A stretch of DNA of 64,000 nucleotides from Candidatus Binatia bacterium (GTDB taxonomy: Bacteria > Desulfobacterota > Binatia > UBA9968 > JAJDTQ01). Shown piece after piece: positions 62,296 through 64,000 of the stretch (position 1 is the first letter of the stretch; each line of letters begins with the position of its first letter). The notes under the pieces are model-generated. The model saw nothing but the letters and a program-made list of their open reading frames with translations. It was not told where the DNA came from and searched no databases. The DNA is taken from positions 1,472,001 through 1,536,000 of the forward strand of contig OY762897.2 in the NCBI GenBank assembly GCA_963666515.2. The letters are read 5' to 3'. A program made the position numbers and the translations under genes.

Positions 62296-62324
62296 AGGAA
62301 CGGCAGCACGAAGGCGGGTGAACC

Positions 62325-63980
62325 ATGGCGAAGGTAATGCACTACGACGGCGTGGTGATCGGCGCGGGCCACAACGGCATGATCTGCGCCGGCTACCTGG
62401 GCAAGTCCGGGCAGAAGATACTCGTCGTCGAGAAGAACATGGAGGTGGGCGGCGGGCTCGACTCCCACGAGGACCGCAACTACCCCGGGTTCTGGCACAA
62501 CATCCACTCGGTGTTCCACCGCGGGCTGATGATGCTGCCTTGGTTCCAGGACCTGGAGATGGAGCGCATGGGCATCCACTACTACAAGCCCGACCCGGGC
62601 GTGGTGCAGCACTTCCTCGACCGCACCTACCTGGGCTGGTTCGCGGACGTGGAGCGCACCATCGCCACCATCGAGCAGTTCTCCCCGAAGGACGCGGCGA
62701 GCTTCAGGGACATCTGGGGCCGCTGGCAGCCGGTGGTGAAGAACGTCGTGTTCCCGGAGACCTACTGCCCGCCCATCCCCATCGACGAGAAACGGTCGCT
62801 CCTGGAAGGATTGCCGGAGGGACGGGAGTACCTGCGCTATTTCGATACCACGCCCGAGCAGTTCATCCTGGAGCACTTCGAGCACACCCGGGTGCGGGCG
62901 TTCATCGGCTTCCTGGCGGTGATGCGCGGCTATGAGCTGGACGCGCCCAACACCGGCTACCTGGTGCCGGCCATGATCGCCTGGGGGGTCAACCCGCAAC
63001 TCTGCCGCGGCACCTCCCACGCCTTGGGGGACAACCTTGCCCACATGCTGTCGCACAACGGCGTGGACTACATCGAGGCCGTAGGCGTCGAGCGCATCCT
63101 GGTGGAGGGCGGACGCGCCACCGGAGTGGTGCTGGAGGACGGCACCGTGGTGCACGCCAAGAGCTTCGTGGCCTCCAACGTGAACCCGGTTGAGACCTTC
63201 ATCAAGCTCGTGGGAGCGGAGAACCTGGACTCGGAGTTCAGCGCCAAGGCCGCGGCGTTCAAGTTCTCCAAGACCACCCCGATCTTCGCCACCAACCTGG
63301 CCCTCAACGAGCGGCCACGCTACATCACCGAGGACGCGCACCCGGAGGTGGCCGAGAGCTTCATGCACATCGTCGGGCTGGAGACCTACGAGGACCTGCG
63401 CAACCTGTTCGACGACTGCCGCACCGGCCAGCTTCCGCGCAAGCCCTTCATGAACGGCGCCACCCCCTCGTACCACGATCCGACCCAGGCGCCGCCGGGC
63501 AAGGCCACCGCGTTCATGTGGCAGCTCTCGCCCTACAACCTGTGGGGCAATCCGCTCAACTGGGACAAGGTGAGGGGCGAATGGTTCGAGCGCCAGCTCG
63601 GCGTGTGGCGCCAGTACGCGCCCAACCTCACCGAGGACAACATCCTTTCGCGCGACTCCACCACGCCGCTCGACATTGAGCGCCACGACCGCAACATGTA
63701 CGAGGGCGACTGGATGGTAGGCGAGTACACCGGCGACCAAGCGCTGGAGAACCGCCCCTTCCCCGGCTGGGGCCACTACCGGACGCCCGTCACCGGGCTC
63801 TACCTGTGCGGCAGTTCCTGCCATCCCGGCGGAAACATCACCGGCGCACCGGGATACAACGCCGCCCAGACCATCGCCCGGGACCTGGGCCTGAAGCTGT
63901 GGTGGGAACCCCTTGACCTGCGCCGGCAGCTCCGAGAGATGAACGACCGCGTAGCGGCCAGCGCAACTGCGGCCGGGTAG
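62325..63980 (+). CDS. Phytoene desaturase-like FAD-dependent oxidoreductase
   Basis: IGAGHNG, YRTPVTGLYLCGS..HPGG..TGAPGYNAA. Confidence 0.9.
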   Translation: MAKVMHYDGVVIGAGHNGMICAGYLGKSGQKILVVEKNMEVGGGLDSHEDRNYPGFWHNIHSVFHRGLMMLPWFQDLEMERMGIHYYKPDPGVVQHFLDRTYLGWFADVERTIATIEQFSPKDAASFRDIWGRWQPVVKNVVFPETYCPPIPIDEKRSLLEGLPEGREYLRYFDTTPEQFILEHFEHTRVRAFIGFLAVMRGYELDAPNTGYLVPAMIAWGVNPQLCRGTSHALGDNLAHMLSHNGVDYIEAVGVERILVEGGRATGVVLEDGTVVHAKSFVASNVNPVETFIKLVGAENLDSEFSAKAAAFKFSKTTPIFATNLALNERPRYITEDAHPEVAESFMHIVGLETYEDLRNLFDDCRTGQLPRKPFMNGATPSYHDPTQAPPGKATAFMWQLSPYNLWGNPLNWDKVRGEWFERQLGVWRQYAPNLTEDNILSRDSTTPLDIERHDRNMYEGDWMVGEYTGDQALENRPFPGWGHYRTPVTGLYLCGSSCHPGGNITGAPGYNAAQTIARDLGLKLWWEPLDLRRQLREMNDRVAASATAAG

Positions 63981-64000
63981 AGTAGGAAAACGGCGTCCTT

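Noticed and set aside
60718-63980. Carotenoid biosynthesis (crtI)
   Set aside because: No crtB or other carotenoid genes adjacent; only the general FAD-oxidoreductase fold is supported

Overview
High-GC bacterial chromosome segment. Gene content and order suggest a deltaproteobacteria-like organism, possibly Binatia-like or host-associated (inference only). The backbone is housekeeping: lepB-lepA, ugd, pfkB, mtnP, rlmN-ndk-sucDC-mdh-icd, a complete system I cytochrome c maturation operon (ccmABCDEFG plus fused ccmH/I), fusA2-coaX-birA-valS, tRNA-Leu(CAG), quinone genes, cysS, and a UbiD / Mo-hydroxylase / FAD-oxidoreductase catabolic cluster. Accessory DNA comprises a helicase-less single-chain restriction-modification gene, a HigBA toxin-antitoxin pair, and a ~8.5 kb variable hotspot (23983-32590). 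The hotspot looks like two diverged tandem units ordered Rpn-[cargo]-lipoprotein-ggt 3' end. It holds an Rpn gene whose long form is frameshifted by a 10-bp duplication while the internal short ORF stays intact, a second copy of the Rpn internal start region fused to an alpha/beta hydrolase, a group II intron 3' remnant in a decayed IS3, a P-loop ATPase split inside Walker A at a slippery-type heptamer, and an intact IS1634. Outside the hotspot, a kinase-fold gene lacking its catalytic Asp residues is paired with a phosphatase behind a sigma54/IHF/enhancer-type promoter. All calls are from manual reading of motifs; no database searches were run.
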